A DNA stretch of 64,000 nt from Balanoglossus misakiensis (lineage: Eukaryota; Animalia; Hemichordata). A program made the translations under genes and the position numbers. The notes below the pieces were generated by a model. The model was not told where the DNA came from. It did no database searches and was given only the letters and a program-made list of their open reading frames with translations. Of this stretch, positions 42,801 to 52,705 are shown in pieces; within the stretch, counting starts at the first letter, position 1; every line of letters begins with the position of its first letter. The DNA is taken from contig CM082589.2 in the NCBI GenBank assembly GCA_040954595.2, positions 3,920,213 through 3,984,212 of the forward strand. Direction: 5' to 3'.

Positions 42801-45800
42801 TCGTACATTTGTCGGAAAGTAGCGTTTATTATCGCACGTGGCAAATCCGTGACTGACGTACCCGATCCGGTGACCAGAATATAAAATAGCCAGTTAAAAA
42901 AGCGTCTAGACATTCGATTTCTGTTAAAACTCGTCGAACCCCCCACTGCAAAGTTAATATTGACAGTTTGTTTTTTTAAACACGAAAAGTGGAATTTGGT
43001 TTTCAAAGGACAACGAATGTACGTAGGGTTTTACACAAAATCGAATTGAGTGAATGTTTCTTTCGACAGGACGTGAGTGAAAGGCGAGAGAAAATCTGCT
43101 TTCATAGCAGCCTGTGCAAGGGCACCGCACTCCCAATAAACCAGCTAATCGCGTGTGTGCGCCAATGAAACCAGCAGTCGTTTCCGCCAAAGTGTTGGTC
43201 CAATATTAGAAAGTAATTTTCTCTCACACTCTCCAGACAGAAATGCACTTTCTGGCTGTTGGCAACACTTCAAACAACAGTGTAGTGACGGTCAGTGCGG
43301 ATCAGGGCCACCGTGTTAATGGTAAACACTGCGGGCGCTTTCAATATATTTAAGGGGGTTACTATAACACAGTTGTACTGTGATTCTAACAATGGATTAC
43401 CCATGGACGTTTGTTTTCTTTCAGATATTGTGAAACTTTTGCTCGACCACGATGTTGAACTCGGCGACGCACTCCTGCGCGCAGTCGACGTGCAGTTGAC
43501 TTCAGCCGTGCTACTTATATGTGAAAATATCAAGAAGCGAAATATTCCGGTGAGTGATTTCTGTTTTTGTTACTATAGTTAGCTGTCGTGTCGATGGACT
43601 TCCGCATCCGGCATGCATTGCGCGCACTATCTCACTATGATGCTTACCTCATACTTCTTCTCTGCTTTACGCCGCGATGCATGCTGGATAAGAAGGGAAG
43701 TCTGCCACCAGATCGTTGCTCTTAGACATCTGTCGAATATCATCAACGATGGGGTTCTTGTTTTCTTGGGTTTTTAGTTTCGGTTGATTGTGTCGTCTGA
43801 ATGTTACCTGCAATTGTCAAGGACAGCATAACGTTACTGACAACTTTACTTACATATACATGCACAGGCCATGCATCTGTCATACGATATGTGAACATCC
43901 ACACGTGTTGGATTATGAAATAAAACTAGGAGGAAAGGAAACGTTGACCAAAATCAATACGCACGTCTTGGTTACGGTTATTGCACTATTAACTGGCAAA
44001 GTACATTTTCATGGCATCGATTACATTACATTGCATTACATTACATTACATTACATTACATTACATTACATTTTCATCACATAAGCAGTGCCACACAATT
44101 GAACAACCGATATTCTTGCAGCTTGATCAACTACAAGGACTTGCATAAGATTTGTTGTCAATTAATAAGCAGGTAGCACAGAATTGAAGTATCTCCGTGC
44201 CAGTTGGTGACTTGGGTAATGTGACAACCACCGATTGCTGTGTGTCCCCGGCGCGAAATAATTACCTGACCGGCGATGCTTAGTGTATCATGGATCGAGC
44301 GTTCACCTTTTGAGACAATCTGGGTACTTTTATGAAATTATTGCGCTTGTTAGTTTCTAAGACAACTGAGCACGCGTCGCTGGAAAGCTGTTAATTTTGC
44401 AGAGTGGGAGAATGGGTGACAAGCCCCCGCCCCAATTAAATAAGGAGTTCTCGAATTGCCAATATTCACACTGACATAATACTCACATTACAAAGATCAA
44501 CCAAAATATCTAAACTGCCCGTGGATTCTAACATCCCATCTCAATGTCGTGAAACACTCCATCAGTCAAATCACTTTAAATGGTCTAGACATGCCAAAGT
44601 TATCACGACTTGGAAAATAAAAAGCGTAATGTTATCACAAAACTGTGTTTACTGCGTCTCCTTGACTAGCCAGCAAATCAAGAATGGTTAGAAAATGTGA
44701 CTCTCTTGTCGAAAATCACCATTACACGTCAAATCTTACTGCGATGTATTAATTTACGAGTGCCGTGGAACGCGTTTGTCTCCATGGCCTCTTACTAATT
44801 GATCGTAAATTTAAGAATGCCCCCAGAAAATATGACGCAAGCAATCTGGCGTAACTACATTGATGCAAACTGGAACTTTGGCAATGAAAAGAAACTAAAT
44901 TAAAATTATTTTAATTTCTGTGAACATCAATCCGGCTTTTAAACAGCAGATAAAGTCCATCGAGCAACGTCGGTATAATGGATCGCAGAGACAGGATTAA
45001 ACCGGTTTTGGTCAGCGACGCGGGGGATGAAAACCATCGCCCGCTGTAATATTTGCAGACGACGGTTTATGTTTCCATGTTCGCGCCGTTTCATCTTACA
45101 TCACGGTGACTAGATTAAAGAGACAACATCCGGCACTCATCGATCGTCCTGTTATGTGCGCAGTGCTCGAATTTCGCCAATTTATTTGGAGCCTCAGCTT
45201 TCTTGATTGAAAGCGTCGCCTTGTCAACCGTCACACGACGCGGATTATTTTCTCGTACTGGAAAATATCGTTTGAACGAATGATATCTTACTTGCGAAGT
45301 TATTGAAATAAATGTTAGTATAAACTGAAAGTGGTGTATGAGCTAGCATACGACACAAATAAAAGTCACCGGATTTAAAAACGTGATATGCAATCATGAT
45401 TTCATTTTATTATACCTCACTACATATACAATGTAAATTAAGAAAGCAAGTAAGGTTGAGGTTTGTCAAATTTGCTCCATTAAGAAATTATGGCACATTT
45501 GCGAGAACAGACTGTGCAGAGGACGCCTGTTTCGTCCCTGTCGCCCCAGAATTTGTCTCACAAATGTATTCCTTATTCTAAATGAGCAATAAACCTGGAA
45601 ATGTGTCGAGTTTCTTGCTGCCAGCGATCATGGCGACCAGGACACAACCCGGCAGACGTCGCTGGGTCTGCGTGTACACCAGAATGATACACCAAGGAAA
45701 AAGTGTATAGGCGTTTGGAAAAATACATTCTATCCCCGGGACGCTCGACTGACGAAATATGCGAAACGAGGCAAAACAAATCTTATCTGGAATTTCTCAG

Positions 45801-48800
45801 TTGTCTGAGTCGTATTTCAATATCAACGACCAGTCGTACTTTATCCGCGAATGATAATTCTTGCTAACGGAGGAAATTACTTGCTCAGCCATAATCATGA
45901 CTGATCGATTTGCACTGCGCAAGGAAAAGGTAAAATCCTTAGGCTAAGTCTATTAATCTTCAGCTTTGGCGCTGTGACGGGTAAATATTTGCATCTTAGG
46001 TTTATACATGAAGCAGAGATGGGACTGGAACTTTTGGTAATTGTTTGGCATAAGGGCAGAACCATTTGATTTCATGGGTGGGGAATTTGTTGACTGATGG
46101 TATGAAGTTTTACGCCAATTTGTTTGCGTTATTGGTTTGGCATTGACAGGCTATATTTCCACAAACGTTTCATATTTTGCTAATACGGTCAAAGGTGGGC
46201 CTAACAGACAGACCTTTGCAGGCAGCCGTAACACTAACGGGGTAAGGTTTCTCGGATTCCTGGCCCTTCCAGGCCGTCTCGGCCACTGTAATTAAGCTGG
46301 AGTCTTCCTGTTTCATCACTGTTGCAAAACAACATTGTGAGTAATACTGAGGTATTATGCATATCCACCGGCGAAAGACATCTCCAACAACATTAAATAA
46401 ATCGTTTATCTTGTGTAATGTTACCCCCACGGAAGCCGTAATGGGTATTTCACTGGGTCTGTGAGCCGTAGGTCTTCGTTTTATTGTTCTGTGCGGACGA
46501 TATCAATTTAACGTTTTATGACCCCTCTGCACGATGTCGCTGTGTTATGGGGGCAGTCAGCTCCAGTTTATTGCATTGCGCAAGTTTCTATCTTTAGTTG
46601 TCACCTTTGAAGACTCTCCATGTTGTTGTGTCGTTTGTAAACGCGTTTCCATATTTGCTGTGCTGCATATTTTTGTCCCCAGGCCCACAAATCATGTTTC
46701 CGATATAAAGATACACATTATTCAAAACGCAGGAGCAAGCACCTGAAAGTGTTTACCAAATATAGTAAAAAGTGAAAATTACTGTTATAGTAAGTTTCCG
46801 ATTTTTTTCAGGATCGCCTTTACTGTCGCGCCCTCAACGGCGATTTACATCCAGATATCACCCCCATCATTTTGGCGGGACACCACAACAACTACGATAT
46901 CGTGAAGATTTTGCTGGACCATGGCGCCAGAATCGATGACCCGGAATTCTACAGTTTTCAGACGGAGGAGTTCACGCTTCAGCATTCCCTCGGGACGATT
47001 AACGTGTACCGGGCTCTGGCGAGTCAAGCGTACATCTCTCTGACCAGCGAGGATCCGATAGGCACGGCCTTCGAGCTGAGCCACAAGCTGCGGACACTCA
47101 GCTCAAGGGATTACGAATTCCGCTACCAATATGGCGAGCTGGCAGCCCAGTGCGAATGTTTCGCTGCGGACTTACTAGGTCACGTGAGAGATTCAGAGGA
47201 GCAGGGGGTCATACTGAATCACGACCCCGAGCAATGGGCGCGAGCGGACGACATGTACGACCTTGAGCCGTACAAGGTCAAAGTAGCCATCAGATACAAA
47301 CAAAAGAAGGTAGGTACACGTTTTATGTATGACAGGAAATATATATGTGTATTATGGTAACAATAATGCGTTGTTAATTTTTGTCACATTTCCAAATTAC
47401 TTGACGTAACATGAATTGGTTGGCAAGGTCTCCCTGAACAGTGGAAATATTGCCGATGGTTTGTCTGTAAACAGAATAGTCGCACATGCGCAATTCAGAC
47501 GACTGTCCCCTTTACATCATTTTTCAAAGGGTTTAGACATGGATCCTGTTGATTATATTTTTTCACCATAATCTGTCCTCTTTGCAGTTTGTAGCTCATC
47601 CACACTGTCAGCAACGTCTCATCTCGATATGGTACCACGGACTTCGGGGATGGCGGGACTTGAGCCGCAGCTCGGCGTGCTGTTTCACGCTGGTCATAGG
47701 CGCGTGCTTCCCCGTCCTCTCGCTGTGTTACATCCTCGCCCCAACCGGGAGATTCGCCAATTTTCTCAGGATTCCCTACGTCAAGTTTATTTGCCACACC
47801 GCCTCGTCGCTTTTCTTTCTCGTCCTCCTCGGGCTGCAGGCCGTGGACTTGAACCTCTTCACGGAGGACGAGAACATCGGAAAGACTTTTCACGACACGA
47901 AGAAGGAGGTGCCCAGTTTCACGGAATGGCTTATTCTTCTATGGGTCGTGGGTAAGGAAGTGGCCATGTCTGGTGGTGACGTTTTTAATTCGCTGACTGT
48001 TTGGTCTTTGAGTGTTTCTTTCCGATCGTTAGATTGACGCAGATGCGACACTGGCAACTACATTTTTCCGACGACAGGTGCATTTTACGAACTCTAATAT
48101 TGATTTCAGTGGGGACCCTGTGACAAAAAGACGGTTGACAGATTTAGACCCCCTGGGGAGAGGGGGCTTGAGAGATAGTACTTGTAAAGTAGTGCCGCAC
48201 CGAAGGAATCCTTAGAGGTCTGGCAAGATAACGGGTTTCAGTCCGACTGCATGGCGTCAAACGTGTCACTGTCATTTTGGCCTGGTCGGCGACGTTTGTA
48301 AGCCAAGCCGGGGAATTTTCGACAATCTAACGAGATGACGAAAGGAGTACAGTCACTGACAAATCTCAAAGGGTCTCATGGGGGCGCTGTGTACATCTCA
48401 CATCCCCGAGCGAGTATCAAGGGCGGATTTGATTTGCTCGGCGCTGATGTGCAGTCACTTTCATTGACAGGTTATACATGGGAAGAATGTCGGGAAGTCT
48501 GGAACAAAGGAACGCGGTATCTGGACGAAAACATCAGATGGAAGTTATTTGAATACGTGACGTTGGCTCTGTACTGGTCGTGGATTGCTCTGCGCTTGAC
48601 AGTTCTCCTAAAGGTACTTGTGCTTTGTCAATACTTGGAGCTTCGAAAATCTTTCAATTCCCAAAAGATGTTTGCATGTTTACTTTAACATGATTAAATG
48701 TGAAGATGTTATTGATTACTATTCCAAAGGGTTACTACATGCGTTCTGTTGTATGCACCTGTAAAGAATAACAATGTGAGGCATACACACAGGCTGTTCT

Positions 48801-51334
48801 GACCATCCAATGACGGAGCTACATGTATGTCCTTTGAATTTCAGAATTCTGGAAGCGCAAAAAATGACACCTTTGTCAACGCGACGACCATCGGCATCAT
48901 TGACATGCCGACAGATGACGTGGATTACATAAACATTGATTCCAGCGGCGACGAGAGGAATTTCAGCACCCCCGTGCCGGAGGGCACTCAGTTCACGGTC
49001 ATCGACGAGATCCAGGAACTGAACGTTCGTCTTGGGTCTCTTATGCAATACCAGCAAGAAATGGGCAGCAACATCACGGAGAACTTCCAGTCGGCCGTTG
49101 GTACCCTCACCAATGCTCTGTCTGGCATCGAGAAAAAGATCGATATGGCCATCGGCAGGACTTCCTACTCCACGTGCACGAGATCACGCCGCCAGTCGTC
49201 GTCCGGCATCAACCCGCTAATAGACACGGAGCTGTCGCGGAGCAAATGGGACGCCTTCGACCCCGTACTGGTCTCCGAGGGCCTCTTCGCCATCGCCAAG
49301 GTCTTCAGTTTTCTGCGCGTCATCCGCATCACCGTGGTCAGTCTGCACGTCGGGCCCATGCAGATTTCGCTGGGCAGGATGATGTTCGACATCGTGAAAT
49401 TCATGGCGATTTTCTGCCTCGTCTGGTTCGCGTTCTCCGTCGGCCTCAATCAGCTCTATTGGTATTACTCGAGGGAGCTGCGCATCTGGTGTCAGAAAAA
49501 CAACATAACCAACTGCAAGGAGCCGTTCGGCACGTAAGTATAGATTCATTGTCCCGGTTGTTGCTAACTCTGGTACCGAATTATTACGTCATTATTTTAC
49601 TGCATGTATCAATATGCTAGCCTGAGAAACACGTCGTTGTTGGATTGGAGGCGCTCGCTGCGATGGGTGACATGGAGCGCAGCGAACGCCTCGCGAAGGA
49701 GACTGGTTTCTCAGTCCATCAGCCTATCTGTTGGTATGTATTTCACAAGGAACACGTATTACATATACTATTCATTGCAGAATACCAGACACCCTGAACA
49801 CGTTGTTTTGGGCACTGTTCGGGGTCTCAGAGTTGGCCAGCCTGGACATCATAGATGCCAACCACTGGTTTACAGAGACCGTTGGGGGCTTGCTGTACGC
49901 CGCCTACCACGTCATTGCCCTGGGAGTATTACTCAACGTGCTTATTGCCATGATGAGCAACACCTTCACCCATGTTGAGGTAAGCTGTGTCAATAAATGT
50001 TGAATGGCTTGGTTGTCTTAACGCTTTCGCTATGACACGTGCCTGCGTTGTGCTTCAACACAATTCTCGCTACCTTAAATAGGTATTGCTACCTAGGTGA
50101 GTGACGAAAATCTCATATGGTTTGACCCCCTAGCACAATATTAAAACCTATTAAACTGGTAGAGTAAACTGGCAGATATGCATACCCAGTTCTTTGTGTT
50201 TTTGTAAATTTTGTTAACATAATTCATTTTCTTTTGCACGACACAGGAAGATGCCGACATGCAGTGGAAGTATTCACGATCAAAGTTGTGGATGAGTTAC
50301 TTCGAAGAGGGCGCCACACTTCCGCCGCCCTTCAACTTCCTGCCGACTTGGAAGTCAATATGGCGGGTAATTCTCCAAATAAAGCGCAGGTGTATGAAAG
50401 AAACCGAAGTCAGAAAAGAGGTAATGGTTGTGTTTTTTTGATTTTGTGAAAGTAAGGTCGACTTACATCGCCATGCTTATTTATTGTCGATAACTACATG
50501 CAGCTGGTGTTACTCAGAAAGAGTAACATAGATGTTATGTTGTATGACTGTTTAACATTGTCAGAATTTAAAATGCAATTTGCTTTTCTCGTTTTACAGA
50601 GAAAGGAAACCGTTTTAAACAAGAAAGATGCCGAATATAAGGTGAGGTAACAAGAATAGTTTGCTTACACCTTGAATGTAATTGCTGTCATGCTGAACGG
50701 GGAAACAATATAATTGTGACGCTGAATATAGATCACCAACAACACATTCGTAGTTTTAATAATAAACCTTGTGTTATAATTTTTACAGGAGGTTGTGCAG
50801 CAACTCGTCAGGAGGTATATATTCGACAAACGACGCGGCAGCGACGACGACGAAGCACAGAGTCCGGATCCGTGGATATTACAACTGAAGCAAGACATGT
50901 CCGGTCTCAAGTACGACATGTTCGACGCGCTCGGGCAGATGGAGAGCAAGATGCAAAATGTGGAGGACAAGGTGGAGAACATCCAGCTGACGGTGACGGA
51001 GCACCCGCTGCAGATGCCGCCGCCGCGGCGACCGTCCAGTCAGGACAACCTGGACTGTCCGCCGTACCCGGATTCCAACAACAGCACAATGGCGGACATC
51101 CACTCCCACACGCTCTCGCAGTCCACGCCCTCACTCGACCTGGACACGGACTACGCGTCCTACCTCGGGCTACCGGATGACCAGCGCCCCCTACTGCCCT
51201 TGAAAAGGTGGGGCTACATCAGGTACATTGACGACATCAGCCTGAGGAGTCGGCTCGGCTCCTCGTCCAGTTCGCATTCGTACACACTGGCGCCCTCCCT
51301 CGATAGGTACTACAATGCTGCCAGTGGAACATAA
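18300..51334 (+). CDS. TRPC: TRPC-family (short transient receptor potential) cation channel, paralogue 1; 11 coding exons, ~1165 aa
   Basis: join(18300-18834,22639-22821,43425-43549,46812-47309,47588-47951,48471-48613,48845-49533,49781-49979,50247-50420,50600-50641,50789-51334) = 3498 nt, all junctions GT-AG and phase-consistent. Motifs: ankyrin repeats ([17 protein letters not shown]; PDITPIILA), [12 protein letters not shown]4 [27 protein letters not shown], pore LFWALFG, S6 [12 protein letters not shown] helix, [30 protein letters not shown]. The specific orthologue cannot be assigned. Confidence 0.93.
20395..20440. repeat. (CAGR/CGGA)n tetranucleotide microsatellite
   Basis: gcagacagacaggcagacaggcaggcagacggacggacagacagac. 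Confidence 0.85.
20766..20956. repeat. Three-copy 64-bp minisatellite in intron 1
   Basis: Unit GTGATTGGCCGGCGAACAATAAYAATCTCCAGTCGGCAAATCAACACCTCCCATTGACCGTTCM starting at 20766, 20830 and 20894. Confidence 0.95.
22639..22821 (+). CDS. TRPC paralogue 1, exon 2 (ankyrin repeats)
   Basis: ttgcag|[38 protein letters not shown]|GTAAGT. Confidence 0.93.
27909..28185. repeat. Diverged ~128-bp direct repeat (~2.2 copies)
   Basis: GATTCAAACCCCCAAA..TCCTATTAAAGACAGACTCGGTATTTCTCT at 27968 vs GATTTCAATCCCAAA..TCCTATTAAAACACAGACTCGGCATTTCTCT at 28096. The TATTRG..AGGATYGRG motif recurs at ~27909, ~28038 and ~28165. Confidence 0.75.
29432..29574. mobile_element. 143-bp palindromic (hairpin) element, probably part of a small non-autonomous DNA transposon starting near 29270
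   Basis: Perfect 29-bp inverted ends AGCAATAAAACACCCCCAGCCATGGTATA / TATACCATGGCTGGGGGTGTTTTATTGCT, with inner arms GATTTTGACCAGTTCA/TGAACTGGTCAAAATC and CATATACGCAC/GTGCGTATATG. Confidence 0.8.
43425..43549 (+). CDS. TRPC paralogue 1, exon 3 (ankyrin repeats)
   Basis: ttctttcag|[29 protein letters not shown]|GTGAGT; 125 nt, same length as the paralogue 2 exon. Confidence 0.93.
44021..44072. repeat. (TTACA)n pentanucleotide microsatellite, ~10 units
   Basis: ttacattacattgcattacattaca... Confidence 0.95.
46812..47309 (+). CDS. TRPC paralogue 1, exon 4 (last ankyrin repeat + helical linker)
   Basis: tttttcag|[48 protein letters not shown]|GTAGGT; 498 nt. Confidence 0.95.
47588..47951 (+). 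CDS. TRPC paralogue 1, exon 5 (pre-S1, S1, start of S2)
   Basis: tttgcag|[37 protein letters not shown]|GTAAGG. Confidence 0.95.
48471..48613 (+). CDS. TRPC paralogue 1, exon 6 (S2-S3)
   Basis: ttgacag|[39 protein letters not shown]|GTACTT; 143 nt as in paralogue 2. Confidence 0.9.
48845..49533 (+). CDS. TRPC paralogue 1, exon 7 (long S3-S4 loop, S4, S5, turret)
   Basis: tttcag|[61 protein letters not shown]|GTAAGT. Confidence 0.93.
49781..49979 (+). CDS. TRPC paralogue 1, exon 8 (pore helix, S6)
   Basis: ttgcag|[37 protein letters not shown]|GTAAGC. Confidence 0.95.
50247..50420 (+). CDS. TRPC paralogue 1, exon 9 (TRP helix, LPPPFN)
   Basis: acacag|[40 protein letters not shown]|GTAATG. 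Confidence 0.93.
50600..50641 (+). CDS. TRPC paralogue 1, exon 10 (42-nt exon, [14 protein letters not shown])
   Basis: cttttctcgttttacag|...AAG|GTGAGG; phase 0-0. It supplies the YK that precedes [10 protein letters not shown], matching the TRPC YQEVMRNLVKRY-type motif. Confidence 0.85.
50789..51334 (+). CDS. TRPC paralogue 1, exon 11 (CIRB-like helix, C-terminal coiled coil, tail; stop)
   Basis: ttttacag|[33 protein letters not shown] (TAA 51332-51334). Confidence 0.92.
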   Translation, partial: EVVQQLVRRYIFDKRRGSDDDEAQSPDPWILQLKQDMSGLKYDMFDALGQMESKMQNVEDKVENIQLTVTEHPLQMPPPRRPSSQDNLDCPPYPDSNNSTMADIHSHTLSQSTPSLDLDTDYASYLGLPDDQRPLLPLKRWGYIRYIDDISLRSRLGSSSSSHSYTLAPSLDRYYNAASGT

Positions 51335-52656
51335 CTCATTAGCGCGTGGAATATTCATCGTTTACAGTACTGTCGGCGTATCCGGTGTTTGACGTCACTC
51401 GATACAAACGCGAGAACTAAGATTACATTACAATACAATATAATATAAACATTTATAGAAGAAAAGACATCTTTTACGCTAATTTTTGTGTTCCGTCACA
51501 TCATAACTACCCTACAGTCTTTCGAAATCAAACTCCACAAAGCGCTTGGTTGTCATAGCTACAAACAAGTAATCTACCTTCACAAAAAGTATACATCCAT
51601 TTGCATGCACATGATCAATTATATCAAACTACTAGTATCTTGGAGTGTATTTCCAGACCCTCTATACCGAGGGATTCAAATTTAAAGATTACTTGATTTA
51701 AAGTTTAAATATTTTTGTTCGATAACATGGTCACAAGACTGGATCACGTGACAAGTTTATTTGAAGTGAATATTCTTGCACATATTTCATATAAATGTTT
51801 AACTATATAATTTTTATTATTGTTTTGTTTTGTCGAACCAAGGGACAAAGAAACATTGGATTTTACGACAGGATTTAATTTAAAAGTAATAATTGATGCA
51901 TGATAACATGACGTTGAACGTTAACACAAAAAATGCTTTCTATGAACACAATTATGTACGCTTACTCTGTATGTGCTTGTATACTTAACACTTTCAAGCA
52001 AAAATGAATCTTACTCCACCAAGTTCATTTACTTCAACTATTGTTTGAAATTTCTTAGTGACACTTTCCTTGTTCTGTACCTACATGTATACCCCCCCCC
52101 CCCAACAATTGGATTATGGCTGTCACCTTTTCGGGCGTCTTTTAACCCAGCGATAGATTATACATTGCTGGAAGCACGCGTTAAGTTTTCACAAGCCAGG
52201 AAATAAACTATAACGTACAAACCATTGTTTCATAAAAACATTGAGCTGAATTTTAATTTCGATGGTATTTCGCTTTTCTCCTAAGACAGATTTTAAGTTA
52301 CATAGTGCGCTGTTGGCAGTTACATGTTAGAATACCCATTGTTTAACGCGCTGGATAGATTTTGTTTTAAAAATGGCAATAGAGCCGTTATAGAAGATAC
52401 TACATGTGTAGATGAAGAAGTTGATGACGAGATTGATTTCTTAGACAACAGACAGGCAGATGTCTTACAGTTGAATGACAGCTGTCGCAAGAGATGAACC
52501 AAACGTTGCACACTTCCGTCGGACCTAGCCTCCTAACACGACATTATAATGGGTATTTTAGTTCACGAATACAAACCACAGCAACAAATTCATGTATAGG
52601 GGTTTCTTGATTTTATTGCTATCTGTAACTGTCGATAATTCTAAAAAATAATGTAG

Positions 52657-52705
52657 AATAAAATTTCTTAATTTCGGTTATGAAGTCTTGGTTGTTATTA
52701 TTTTG
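52657..52705 (+). terminator. Candidate polyadenylation signal of TRPC paralogue 1
   Basis: AATAAA at 52657-52662 followed about 25 nt later by GT/T-rich GTCTTGGTTGTTATTATTTTG. An alternative AATAAA lies at 52202. Confidence 0.4.

Noticed and set aside
22822-43424. Nested protein-coding gene or autonomous transposon in the 20.6-kb intron
   Set aside because: All ORFs are 130 aa or shorter, with no transposase, reverse transcriptase or other recognisable motif.
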